Of a stretch of DNA of 64,000 nt, positions 30,527 to 41,900 are shown in pieces. This DNA comes from Nitrospirota bacterium (GTDB taxonomy: Bacteria; Nitrospirota; Thermodesulfovibrionia; Thermodesulfovibrionales; JdFR-88), in NCBI GenBank assembly GCA_021789215.1, contig JAJYJS010000007.1, positions 6,367 to 70,366 on the forward strand. Reading direction: 5' to 3'. Each line of letters opens with the position of its first letter. Position 1 is the first letter of the stretch. The notes under the pieces are model-generated. The model had not been told where the DNA came from, searched no databases, and saw only the letters and a list, made by a program, of their open reading frames with translations. A program made the translations under genes and the position numbers.

Positions 30527-31195
30527 TTACTTTGAGGCTATCTCTTCGACCTTGCCCGAATCCAGGTAGTATTCGGCAAGCACCACCTTCAGTTTTCCCT
30601 CTTTCACAAGCTCCCTTATTGCAGGGCTGTTTTTCATAATGTCCGCGTAAACGGCCCTTACGTTCTGCTGGACAGCCAGATTTATCATCTCGCCCCTGTC
30701 CTTGTGATTTGCCGATTTGACCTTGCGGACGGACGGCCCTATCTTTTTGAGTATCGCGCCTATGTTGCCCTCCGGCTTTCCTTTTGCATCGAAGGCCGCC
30801 GTGACGGCCCCGCAGGACTGGTGCCCCAGTATTACGAGCACGGGCGTGTGCAGGTGCTCCACGCCATATTCCAGGCTGCCGAGAGCGATTTTGTCGACGA
30901 CGTTGCCCGCCGTCCTCACAACAAAGACGTCACCAAGGCCCTGGTCAAAAAGGAGTGTCGGCGAGACCCTGGAGTCCGAACAGGTAAGCACCGTTGCGGA
31001 CGGGTGCTGGTCCGCGACAAGCCCTTTCCTTTTTGCATCGCTTAAATCCCTGCTTGCAAGCTGGCCCGACACATACCTTCCGTTGCCTGCCATGAGTTTT
31101 TGAAGCGCGTCATCCGTGCCAATCTCCCCATGGACAAAGACAGAAAAAGCCAGGACAAAAATGGCCGCGGCAAAAAATACCCTGAGTTTCTTCAC
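30527..31195 (-). CDS. Beta-class carbonic anhydrase with signal peptide
   Basis: CSDSR and HQSCG zinc ligands; hydrophobic N-terminus. Confidence 0.92.
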   Translation of the reverse strand: MKKLRVFFAAAIFVLAFSVFVHGEIGTDDALQKLMAGNGRYVSGQLASRDLSDAKRKGLVADQHPSATVLTCSDSRVSPTLLFDQGLGDVFVVRTAGNVVDKIALGSLEYGVEHLHTPVLVILGHQSCGAVTAAFDAKGKPEGNIGAILKKIGPSVRKVKSANHKDRGEMINLAVQQNVRAVYADIMKNSPAIRELVKEGKLKVVLAEYYLDSGKVEEIASK

Positions 31196-31328
31196 GAGAC
31201 CCCTCCCTGAAGTTTTTTTAAATTTAATCCTGATATTTTAATTTTACCGGCTGCGGGATGCAAGAAAATTTCGCCACCGGCGCTCATCCCCCCAGGTGAA
31301 TCCCAGCCATTTTTGTGATATAAGTAGG

Positions 31329-31556
31329 CTAGTGTAGTGAGTCCAACGCTTCTTTACATTTGGTTTGAAGTTTTTTGAGTCATTGTTCCGGCAATGCGCC
31401 CGTTACATTGCGGTTTTTTGTCATACCGGCATGTTTTTAGCCGGTATCCAGCGACTTTACCGTAAAGGTCTTAACGTCACCGGATTCCGGATTACTACCT
31501 CCGGAATGACAGCCAAGGTTTTTTTATGCAAAGGAATTTAAGACTTATTACTCTAG
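31329..31556. mobile_element. MITE-like element with imperfect terminal inverted repeats ending in CTAG
   Basis: Terminal 31 bp are inverted repeats matching at 21/31; internal REP-like hairpin at 31419-31511. Confidence 0.6.
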
Positions 31557-31576
31557 CAGCGGAAAGGAGCAAGCCT

Positions 31577-32029
31577 GTGCTCAAGGAATTCAGGGAATTC
31601 ATACTGCGCGGCAACGTTGTCGACATGGCCGTGGGCATTGTCATAGGCGCCGCCTTCGGGGCGGTCGTGAAATCCTTTGTCGACGATGTGCTTATGCCTC
31701 CGGTAGGGCTCCTGCTCGGGCAGGTGGACTTCAGCAACCTTTTCGTGGTGCTCAAAGAGGGCGCGGCAGCGGGTCCGTATGCCTCTCTGGCCGAAGCGAA
31801 AAGGGCCGGGGCGGTTACGCTCAGCTACGGGCTGTTTGTAAACAGCATCATAAGCCTTCTGATAATAGGTTTTTCGGTCTTCGTTTTCGCGCGGTCCGTA
31901 ATCAGGTTGAAAAGGAAACAGGAAGAGGCGCCTGCGCCCCCGGCCACAAAGCGATGCCTGCACTGCTTCATGGACATCCCGGTAAATGCCGCCCGCTGCC
32001 CTTACTGCACATCGGAGCTGAAGGTCTGA
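31577..32029 (+). CDS. mscL: Large-conductance mechanosensitive channel with C-terminal CxxC...CxxC motif
   Basis: LKEFREFILRGNVVDMAVG; GTG start after GGAAAGGAG; tail CLHC...CPYC. Confidence 0.93.
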   Translation: MLKEFREFILRGNVVDMAVGIVIGAAFGAVVKSFVDDVLMPPVGLLLGQVDFSNLFVVLKEGAAAGPYASLAEAKRAGAVTLSYGLFVNSIISLLIIGFSVFVFARSVIRLKRKQEEAPAPPATKRCLHCFMDIPVNAARCPYCTSELKV

Positions 32030-32151
32030 TGTCCGGGTTTTTACATAAGGGATGAAGCTGATTTTCCCTGAGTGCCGGAATGCGTATTGTTTTATCCGTG
32101 CCAGTCCGAAGGTCAACCTTTCATCCGGAATTATGCATTGCATTTGAAAGG

Positions 32152-32184
32152 AACACCGGATGAAGGCATTCTCCATCCGGTGTT
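32152..32184. terminator. Hairpin between convergent mscL and skp
   Basis: aacaccggatg...catccggtgtt, 11-bp perfect stem. Confidence 0.6.
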
Positions 32185-32223
32185 ATTCCATTTACAAAGG
32201 GACCTCTGGGGTGATTTTCCCGT

Positions 32224-32754
32224 TTATTTTTTTTGCATCGCGTTATAAAGCGAAATAATTTCGGGGGTTATATCCACTTCTTTTGTGGAATAGACTATCC
32301 CGGCGGAGCGTTTTTCGAATACCACGGAGTAATTTCCCTTTTTGGCTATCTGGGTTATTATGCCGCCTATCTCTTTCAGGGCCTTCTGCGTAAGGTTCTC
32401 GTTCATCTGTTTGATCTCTATCGACATGTCCTGCTCGGCATGCTTCAGGTCGGAGGTCTCTATTACAATCCTGTCACGCAGACTGGCAGTATCTTCGGGT
32501 GACATTGTTTTGGAGTCCTTCAGCTTGTCTTTCAACTGCTTCAATTCCGCCGCCTTGTCCTGGAGGGCCTTCCTTTTTGCACTGATTTCCTTCTGAAGGG
32601 TTTCGGCATAGCCCTGCGTGGCCTTGGAAGTCCTCATGATTTCCTGAATATCGAAGACGCCTATTTTAAGCGGAGCGGCGTAGGCGCTTACCACGGAACC
32701 AAACATCAAAACGCAAAAAAACATGCCGCATAAAGCAAAAAACCTCTTTTTCAT
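32224..32754 (-). CDS. OmpH/Skp-family periplasmic chaperone
   Basis: Signal peptide (AYA), KIGVFDIQEI, coiled coil, VDITPEII. Confidence 0.88.
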   Translation of the reverse strand: MKKRFFALCGMFFCVLMFGSVVSAYAAPLKIGVFDIQEIMRTSKATQGYAETLQKEISAKRKALQDKAAELKQLKDKLKDSKTMSPEDTASLRDRIVIETSDLKHAEQDMSIEIKQMNENLTQKALKEIGGIITQIAKKGNYSVVFEKRSAGIVYSTKEVDITPEIISLYNAMQKK

Positions 32755-33008
32755 TCCTCTTTAGTCCTCTCTCCTGGTAAATTTTCCCATTCTAACGCCC
32801 TTCCGGGAAACCTAAATGATATTCCGGGCCGGCCTGAAATTGAGCCTGAACCTGTCCTGGTCACCCGTGACCTTGCTGAAAGCGTATCCGCCGGAATTGT
32901 GATTGAGGTCTCTATCCAAAGTACATGTTAATTTAAAAAAAGAACTTTTAAATGTCAAGGAAAAAGGCGTGGCTATTTTTTGCCCGCGGGCAATACGCTC
33001 GCTATCCA

Positions 33009-33665
33009 TTAAAATGCCCTGTTTTTTTGCCGGACCCCGCCGGCGCCAAAGTCTTTTTTGCTGTCCGAAAAAAATTCCGGAGAACGGCCGCGCAGGAACC
33101 GGATGACTTCCTCAACGCACTCGGGCAGGCTGGTCTCGCCGGTCTTCAGGTGCAGGTCCGGATTTTCCGGCGGCTCATACGGCGACGATATCCCGGTAAA
33201 ATCGGGGATATCCCCCCTCCTTGCCCTTGCGTAGATGCCCTTGACGTCCCTCTTCTCGCATGTCTCAAGACTGCAATCGCAATATATTTCGGTAAAATTC
33301 TCCGGGCCCACCAGCGATCTCACCCATGCCCTGTCCTTCCTGAACGGGGAGATGAAGGCGGTGAGCGCGATTATCCCGGCATCGACGAACAGCTTTGTCA
33401 TTTCCCCTATCCGCCTGATGTTTTCACCGCGGTCCCTGGGCGAAAAGCCCAGGTCAGAGCAGAGTCCATGGCGGACGTTGTCGCCGTCGAAGACATACGT
33501 GCGGCAATTCATCTTGTGGAGCCGCGCTTCCACGGCATGGGCGAGGGTGGATTTCCCGGCCCCGGAAAGGCCGGTAAACCAGAGCACGATGCTCCGGTGG
33601 CCATTGATTTTCTCCCGGTCCGGGCGCTTGATTATCGAATGATGAAACGTAAGGTTCCGGGTCAT
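33009..33665 (-). CDS. cysC: Adenylyl-sulfate (APS) kinase
   Basis: WFTGLSGAGKSTLA, DGDNVRHGL, ENIRRIGE, RDVKGIY, FTGISSPYEPP. Confidence 0.96.
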   Translation of the reverse strand: MTRNLTFHHSIIKRPDREKINGHRSIVLWFTGLSGAGKSTLAHAVEARLHKMNCRTYVFDGDNVRHGLCSDLGFSPRDRGENIRRIGEMTKLFVDAGIIALTAFISPFRKDRAWVRSLVGPENFTEIYCDCSLETCEKRDVKGIYARARRGDIPDFTGISSPYEPPENPDLHLKTGETSLPECVEEVIRFLRGRSPEFFSDSKKDFGAGGVRQKNRAF

Positions 33666-33805
33666 TAAAAAGGGCCTCGCAATTGAATCCGCAATTTCGA
33701 GGGGGAGGGTAAATTATTCCGGCGCCCTCTCACAGCCTTCCCCTTAAGAGGGAGGGGGCCAATGAATTGCAAGTTAAAATCATCTCCGCCTGGACGGCGC
33801 TGAGG

Positions 33806-35863
33806 TCAGCCCTCCGGGAGCAGTTCGGCCAGGGGGCCAAGGAACGGCTCGTATTTCTTCCACCTTGCCATGGAGCTTTTGTATATGGGCTGGCGCACCT
33901 GCCAGTTGCTGGAGGTCTTCACCGGGCGCTCCGTCCGATGGAACCGGAGGCACTTTTCGTCCCAGGGCAGGCCGCAGAACGCGATAAGCTTCCGGCTCTC
34001 CTCTTCCTGGTCCTTTATCAGCTCCTCGTAAGTGACCTCGTGGAATACGTCCGGCGGAAGCACGTTGCGCCAGTGCTCCATCACCCGCTGGTACTGCCTG
34101 TAGTAAAAGACGAGGTTGTCCAGGTCGTAGCCGTAAGGGTGATAGCCCGCGAATTTATGGAAGTAGATTGAAAGGCAGGTGTCCACCGGGTTCCTTCTCA
34201 GGTGGATTATCTTCGCCTTGGGAAAGACAGTGTGTATGAGTCCGATCCGCTGGTAGTTGCCGGGCATCTTGTCGGTTATGTGCCACGCGGTCTTCGAGAA
34301 GGTGCGCAGGTAATCGATGTTCTGCTCCGCGATGGAGCGCGCCACCTCGGCCGTCATGGCCGGGACGTCCTCATTGGGGTGTTTCTTTTCCATGTCCTCC
34401 CAGAAAACAAGCTCCCCCGCCCCGTGGACCCTCGGGTGGCTCGCGATGATCTGCTCCACGAGCGTGGTGCCGGAGCGTATCATGCCAAGCACCATCAGGG
34501 GCAGGTCGGCGTCCGAGCCCAAGTCCCGCCTCTGCTCGAAAAACTCCGGAGTGAAGGTCTCTATGATACGGGAGATATACCCTTCGTGCTTCTCCCTGTT
34601 GAACTCGTATTTCCTGTTCTCTATGCGGTTTGCCTCGTGGTAGCTGGCAAAGGCCTCCTCGTGCCGTCCGAGGTCGTCGTATATCTTGCCAAGGGCAAAG
34701 CGGATGTCGGCGACTTCCTCATCCCTTATCCCTTCCCTGTCCAGCAGCTTCCGGATGGTTTCAAGCAGCTCCTCGTCTCCCGCGGTAAACTTTTTGCAGG
34801 CCGTCATGCAGAGGTAGGCCGCAGCGAAATTCCCGTCTGCGGCAAGGGCCTTCCTGTGGGCTGTCATCGCCTCATCGAATTTTCCCTGCTGCTGGTAAAT
34901 ACCGCCCATGTTGTTGTAGGCGGCCGCAAATTCCGGCTTCAGCACGGCGGCCCGCCGGTGTGCGTCCAGGGCCTCGTCCAGTTTCAGCAGCTCCCGGAGG
35001 GAAAAGCCCAGGTTGTTCCATGCCTCGGCATAGTCCGGCTTGGCGTCAATAGCGTGCCTGAAGGCGTCCGCCGCCTCTTCGTACTTCGCCTGGGTGTTCA
35101 GGGCAAAGCCCAGGTTGTTCCAGGCGTCCGCGTAGCCGGGTTTTAGCTCGATCGCGCGCCTGTAGCTGGCGATGGCCTCATCGGGTTTTTTATATTCGAG
35201 GTAGATGGCCCCGAGGTTGTTGTGGGCCTCGGCGTAGCCCGGATCGATCTCCGTCGCCTTTTTGTAACACTCCTCCGCCTCCGCGTGTTTGGACTGCTCG
35301 TGCCAGATAAAGCCCATGTTGTTGTACGCCTCGCAGTAGCGCGGCCTGAGCTCGATTGCACGCTTGTAGCTTTCGACGGCCTCCTCGGGCCTGCCCATGT
35401 CTTTTAGGACAATGCCCTGGTTGTACCAGGCCTCCGCGTAGCGGGGGTTCAGTCTTTGCGCCTGCTGATAGCTCTGGAGGGCCTCGTCGAATTTGCGAAG
35501 GCTGTACAGGGCGGAGCCCATGTTGTTGTAGGCCTCCGCGTAATCGGGTTTAAGCTCGACCGCCCGCTGGAAGCAGGCCACCGCGCGATCAAGCTGCCCC
35601 GCTCCCTGCAGGGCCAGCCCCAGGTTGCTGAAGAACTCCGGGACAGTGCTGTTCACGCCGATCGCCCTCTCGATAAGCCCGGCGGCGGCGCTGAAATCGC
35701 CTCTCTGGATGCCGATCACACCAAGGTAATGGAGCGCCGTGGTGTTGTAGGGTTCTTTTTCGAGTATCTTCCGGTATATGTCCGCGGCGGCCTTCAGATT
35801 GCCGGACCGATGGTGCCGGACGGCAATCTGAAGCGCCTGCGCTATAGGTACAGTCTGATTCAT
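33806..35863 (-). CDS. TPR-repeat protein with C-terminal PAPS-dependent sulfotransferase domain
   Basis: About 10 TPRs (PxYAEAxNNLG); 5'-PSB loop GMIRSGTTLVEQII; 3'-PB motif RRNPVDTCLS; no signal peptide. Confidence 0.92.
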   Translation of the reverse strand: MNQTVPIAQALQIAVRHHRSGNLKAAADIYRKILEKEPYNTTALHYLGVIGIQRGDFSAAAGLIERAIGVNSTVPEFFSNLGLALQGAGQLDRAVACFQRAVELKPDYAEAYNNMGSALYSLRKFDEALQSYQQAQRLNPRYAEAWYNQGIVLKDMGRPEEAVESYKRAIELRPRYCEAYNNMGFIWHEQSKHAEAEECYKKATEIDPGYAEAHNNLGAIYLEYKKPDEAIASYRRAIELKPGYADAWNNLGFALNTQAKYEEAADAFRHAIDAKPDYAEAWNNLGFSLRELLKLDEALDAHRRAAVLKPEFAAAYNNMGGIYQQQGKFDEAMTAHRKALAADGNFAAAYLCMTACKKFTAGDEELLETIRKLLDREGIRDEEVADIRFALGKIYDDLGRHEEAFASYHEANRIENRKYEFNREKHEGYISRIIETFTPEFFEQRRDLGSDADLPLMVLGMIRSGTTLVEQIIASHPRVHGAGELVFWEDMEKKHPNEDVPAMTAEVARSIAEQNIDYLRTFSKTAWHITDKMPGNYQRIGLIHTVFPKAKIIHLRRNPVDTCLSIYFHKFAGYHPYGYDLDNLVFYYRQYQRVMEHWRNVLPPDVFHEVTYEELIKDQEEESRKLIAFCGLPWDEKCLRFHRTERPVKTSSNWQVRQPIYKSSMARWKKYEPFLGPLAELLPEG

Positions 35864-35910
35864 CAAGGCCTTATTCTATGGCAATTCCTCTCAAAATTTC
35901 CACTCCCGGC

Positions 35911-38900
35911 TTAGTAGCCCTGGTTTTCCCCCTGGATCCTCCAGAGCCGCTCGCCCTCGCCGGGCACGGTGTACAGCCAGTTCTCTCCGGACGTGGCCCC
36001 GCTCATCTCTCTCATCGCCTCCTGGATAGCCAGATAGCCAGCGGCATCGTCCGGCAAGAAGCCGATCGGGTTATAGCCGAGCATATGCCTGTCGTAATAG
36101 AACAGATTGCTCTGATGGTGTCCCGGTGTAGGCTCCGTATTGAAGAGGACATATATGTATGGAGCACTACCGGTCAGATGGCCGCCGTCGAGCGCGTACA
36201 GGCTCAGATACCCGCCCGTCACGTCCACATTGATCGGATCGGCCGCCGTGCCGAGCTCACCGCCGAGGGCGTCCAGGGTCGCGCCCTGTGTCGCCGTGAC
36301 CTTGTTGCCGTCAGCGCCGAGTATCGAGCCGCCGGCCACGAGCGTCACGCTGCCGCCCTCAGCGTCAACCGTGCCGAGTGTTATGCCGCCGTCCGCGCCG
36401 AGGATAATGTCCCCGCTGCCAGTTGTTACACTGGTAAGGTCCACCGTCCCGTCGCCGTTATTATGTATGTATATGCCGCCGGTGCCGGTGCTTGCGCCAA
36501 GAGTGCCCGTCTCCGTGTAGATGTAAGACGTGCTCTGCCCTATGCCGCTCTTCGCGGTCAGGACAAGACCGCCGGGGGCGGTCACCACGTCATCTTTGCT
36601 TTCGGAGGTTATCATGCCGCCATCAGCTTTCAACGTTAGCTGTGCGCCGGAGGGGCCGCTAAGCTCGGACGCTATGTCCACGGACGCGCCCTCGATGGTG
36701 AGCTTGACCGTGCCGAGCCCGTAGAAGTACCCGTTGGTCAGGGAATCGGATGTGCCGGCGCTGATCGTCACTGCCCCGGTGTTTTTGGAGCCGAGCGTGA
36801 GGCTGCGGGTTGGATGGACGTATTCAAGATCGCTGTCCGAGACATAAAGGCCGCTTCCGCTGTCCCCGATTACCATGGGAGTGCCCGGAGCCCCGGCCGC
36901 AAGCGTTATGTCGCCGGCATAGACATCGCCGTTCAGGGTGATGCCGGAGGCGGCTATGGTGACGCTGCCGTCATAGCCGTTTGCCACGGAACCGGAGCCG
37001 CCCATCGCGTTTATGGAACCCAGGGATACGACCGAGCCCGAACCGGTGGCGTTTATGCTCACGCTGCCGCCGTTGCCGCCCGTGCCGCCCTCGCCGGTTG
37101 CGCTTCCGCCGTTGGCGTGTATTTCACCGCCAAGATCGATATCCGAAGCCTTGCCGCTGGTGCTGATGGTGACCGGGCCGCCGTCGCCGCCGGTAAACAG
37201 CGCGGTGCCGCCGTTGGCGTATATATTTCCATCGCCGGTTATCGGGGAGGAATCGCCGGTGGTCTTGACCGTCACCTTCCCGCCTTTGCCTCCGGTCTGG
37301 TAACCACCCTCCCAGTTGGACCCTCCGTAGGCACTAATATCACCGTTAATGGTTATGCCGGAGCTTGTCCCGCCGGTCTGGATCGTAACGGTCCCGCCGT
37401 CGCCGCCGCGGATGCCCGACCCAGAGCTGCCATACGCGCCTATTTCGCCGTTCACGGTGATGCTGGAATCGTCCCCGCCGGTGGCGATATAGATAGATCC
37501 GCCGTCGCCGCCAACGCCGTTTGTATAGTTTGCAGCATACTCCCCGCAGGCCTCGACACCGGAGACCGTTATGGGAGAGAAATTCCTGGTTGCCGTTATA
37601 TTTATATTGCCGCCGCTTCCTGGATTGGTATTGGCAAAGCCGCCCCATGCGTTTATCGCGCTGGCGCTTATGCCTGAGCTGACCCCGGTTGTGCCGATAT
37701 TTATCGTGCCGCCGTCGCCGGCCTTTGCATCGTGGGCGTCGCCGCCATCAGCCTTTACATAATGGACATAAATCGTGGAGCCTGTTCCGCTTGTGCTGAT
37801 GTCCACGTTGCCGCCATGACCGCCCGCCAGGCCGTTCTGGCCGTCGCCGCCGCTCACATCTATCCCGGAATCTCCATTGCTGTTATCTACGTCTATATAC
37901 GCCCCGGGGCCGGAGGTGCTGATGGTCACGTTGCCCCCCTGGCTGCCGTGGTAGTTGACGGTGCCGCCTTCGCCTACGGTCGTGGTTGCGCCGCCGGCTC
38001 CGCCGTGTGCGTCTATTTTGCCCGAGACTTCCACGTACGAATCCGTCCCGGTGGTGGTTATCGTGACGTTGCCGCCGTTGCCGCCGGTGTTGACCTCCGG
38101 GATGAAGGGCCCAATGCCGCCAGAGTCCTGCCCGTAGACGTCGATAGCGCCGGCGATGCTCACCGGCCCGCCGGAGGTGATGGTCACATTGCCGCCGCTT
38201 GCTCCGGGTATGGGCGCGACGGCGCTCAATCCCCAGCCGCTGCCGCTAATCGTGCCGCCGATAGCGGCTATAACGCTGTTTGGATCAACGGTGACGCCGT
38301 GTGAGCCCTTTGCCGTCAGGTACACGCTCCCGCCGCCAAGCGCCGCGACAAAGCTGCCGGTGCCATCGTTATCATCGTACAGGTAAATGCCGTTCCCGGC
38401 GGTCAGCGTCACGTCATCCGCGCCACCCGTGCCGATGAAGCTGCCGGTGAGCGTGATATCGCCGTTATTGGCCGTAACGTTCACCGCGCCGCCGTTGGCA
38501 GTGCCGATGAAGCTCTGGTCGGAAAGCGTTACGTCATTTGCCGCAGTCACCGTGACATCGCCGCCATTTTCCGTGACTATTCCGCCAAGGACATAAATGC
38601 CGCCCTCGTCAGTAGTAACGTCTATGGACCCGCCTCCAGTGGTTAGAATGCCGCCAAAAAAGAGGCTGATGTCCCCGGTCTTCGCATCAAGGGTTATATC
38701 GTGGGTCGCAACCAGATTGTGAAATTTTATGTCGAAGCCGCTGCCGTCTACAAAGTCCACGCTGCCGATGGGAACCGGCAGTCCGCCCTCAAGCGTGGCC
38801 ACGTCGTTACTCTCATTTACCAGTATGAACTGGCCGTCTGCCCCCTCGAGGTCCAGCAGGTTGGCGTTGATGACGCCGGTCATCTCGCCAGCCGGGCCTT

Positions 38901-41900
38901 CGGAAGCTATGCCGTTTGTGGTTATGGTCACGACGCCGGCGGGATTAGAGCCCCCGGCCGTAACACTGCCGCCCGTGGCCGACACCGTGCTGCCTATGTT
39001 TATGTTTGAAGTGGTGGTGGTCAGGTTCACGAAACCGCCCGCGCCACTTGTCGAGCCGGAGCCGGCATTGACGACTACTGGGCCATTTATAGTTATGTCC
39101 GAAGACGAACCGTTCGTGCTGATGGTTATCGTCCCGCCATCGCCGCCCTGGCCGCTGCTCGCGTCGCCGCCATAGGCGTATATCTTGCTGGCGGTTATCG
39201 GGGAACTGCTCCCGCTTGTGCTTATGGTGACAATGCCGCCATTGCCGCCCTGGCCGCCGGAAGTGCTCCAGCCATGGCGGGCATCCGCGCCTATATAAGA
39301 GACGTCTATGCCGGAGCCGAGGCCGGTGGTGGTTATGGTCACTGTACCGCCATTGCCGCCCGCCGCTTTGGATGTGCCCGAGCCGCCGTCGGCGTAAATG
39401 TGGCCTGCGGCTATCGTGGAAGAGTTACCGGTCGTGCTGATGCTCACCTGGCCGCCATCGCCATCCTGGCCGCTCGCTGCGCCGCCATCGGCGTATACGT
39501 GGTCCGCGCTTATGCCGGCGGTTGAGCCGTGAGTCATTATCAGCACCGTGCCGCCGGTGCCGCCATTAACACCCGCGCCGCCGTTGGCGTACAGGTCGCC
39601 TGTGTTTATCCAGGCGCCGGTCCCGCTCGTGCTGATGGTTATCGTCCCGCCATCGCCGCCCTGGCCGCTCGCGTTGCCGCCGTTGGCGGACATCGAACCA
39701 GCGCTTATCCCGGAATTGGGGCCGCTGGTGCTGATAGTTATCTGCCCGCCATGGCCGCCCGTGACGCCGTTGCCGCCGTTGGCGGCTATGTTGTATGCGG
39801 TTATGAGTGAGCTGGTTCCCGCGCCGCCACTGATGCCGCTAAAAACGCCAACATGCCCGCCTATGCCGCCCGTGACGCCCGAGCCGCCATCAGCATTTAT
39901 GCTGCCGTCAAGTGTAATGGATGCATTGGAACCGCTGGTAGCGATGATCACACCGCCGCCGATTCCGCCGTTGCCGCCAATACCTGCGCTGCCGTTTGCT
40001 CCCGGTGCGCCCGCAACGGTGCCCGATCCGCCGATTCCTCCCTGGCCTCCCTGGCCTCCCACACCGCCCTGGCCGCCGTTTGCATCTATCTCGCCGTCTA
40101 TGGTTATGCTGGAGCTGCCCTGGGCCGCGGTTATGGTAACTATGCCGCCCTGGCCGCCCTGGCCGCCCGCGCCACCCTGACCGCCCTGGCCGCCGGTACC
40201 GCCCTTGGTGGTGTAAGCAGAACCGTTCCAGTTGCCGCTATAACCCTGGCCGCCTGCGCCGCCCTGGCCGCCTGCGCCGCCAATGCCGCCATCAGCCGAT
40301 ATCATGCCGCCTATGGTTATGGTGGAGTTGCCCTGCTCCGCGGTTATCGTGACGGCGCCGCCGGTGCCGCCCTGGCCGCCGGCATACCCCGTGTTGCCAT
40401 TGCTTCCAGTATCGCCCGCCATGCCCGTGCCGCCCGCGCCACCGCGACCGCCGTTTACGTTTATCGTGCTGCCGCTTTCAAGATTTATCGTGGAGTTGGC
40501 GCCCTTGGCGTCTATGACAACCGTGCCGCCAATGCCCCCAGTGCCGCCTGCCCTGCTGCCCCCGAAGAAGAACCCGCCATAACCACCTGAGCCGCCGTTT
40601 GCGGATATCTCCGCGCCATCTTGAACGTCTATACCGGCATAGGTCCCGTTGGTGGTTATGATTATAGTCCCGCCGTCTCCGCCGGGTATACCCATGAAGG
40701 CCCCGCTTGCGCCATCGGCATTGAGCGAGCCGCTGATGTTTATCGCGCTATGGTCTTCCGATGTGCCATCGGTCCGCGTCGTAGTGAGGTTTATGTCGCC
40801 GCCTCTTTCTCCGATGCCCACCCCTGCAGTGGATATCGCGCCGCCAATCGTGATGTTCTGATAGGCCGTGAGACTCACGGAGCCGCTTGTGCTGCCGTCA
40901 GTGCTGATAGTAAATCCTTTGGGAAGCGTGATGCTGCCGCTGCCCGTGATGTTCACGGCATGGGCTGAATAGAGGTCGTGCACCGTCAGGTCGATACCGT
41001 CTACAAAGTCCACGCTGCCGATGACCGGGCCCTTGATGCCGCCCTCAAGCGTGTTGACCTGGTTGCCGGGCGTATCCAGTATGAACGTGCCATTCAGGCC
41101 TTCCAGGTCCAGCAGGTTGGCGTTGATGACGCCACTGCTTGTCTCGGAGGCGGTGCCGCTTGTGGTTATGGTCACGACGCCGGCGGGATTAGAGCCCCCG
41201 GCCGTAACACTGCCGCCCGTGGCCGACACCGTGCTGCCTATGTTTATGTTTGAAGTGGTGGTGGTCAGGTCCACGAAACCGCCCGCGCCTTCCGCTGTGC
41301 CCGCGCCGCCGTTTGCCAATATGGGACCGTTTATGTTTATGTCAGAACCGGCCTGGCCGGTGCTTAGCGACACCGTGCCGCCGTTTCCGCCATCGCCAGC
41401 CCCCTCAATAGCGGAACCGCCCGCCACATTCAAATACCCGGCCACTATGCCGGAATTGGGGCCGGTTGTATTGAAGGTTATCGAGCCGCCGTCTCCGCCG
41501 TTGGCGCCGGAAAACCCGAACCCGCCGTTGAGGCCCATGTACCCGGCGCTTATACCGGCGGTCAAACCGTGGGTTTCCAGGTCGAACGTGCCGCCGTTGC
41601 CGGCTTTGGCGCTTGTGCCGGCCGCGTTGCCGCCCCAGGCGTAAATATCATAAGTATTGTTTATGCCGGAGCCTTTGCCATTTGTGGTGATGGTCAGCGT
41701 GCCGCCGTTGCCGCCCTGTGCGTTCTGGCCCGTTGCGTTGCCGCCGGTCAAACCGGACAGGTTCAGGCTTACGGTGGAATTGTCCCCGCTGGTGCTGATG
41801 ATGACCGTGCCGCCGGTGCCGCCCGTAGCGCTAGTGCCGGTCACCCAGCCGCCATTAGCGTTTATGCCGGTTGCCGTTATATTCGCGCCGGTCGCGCCGT

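Noticed and set aside
31258-31278. sigma54 site upstream of carbonic anhydrase (TGGC...TTGC)
   Set aside because: Spacing is 2 nt too long for a -24/-12 promoter.
32812-33009. 65-aa minus-strand ORF between cysC and skp
   Set aside because: Its start is derived from the MITE end sequence and it has no recognisable domain; probably non-coding.
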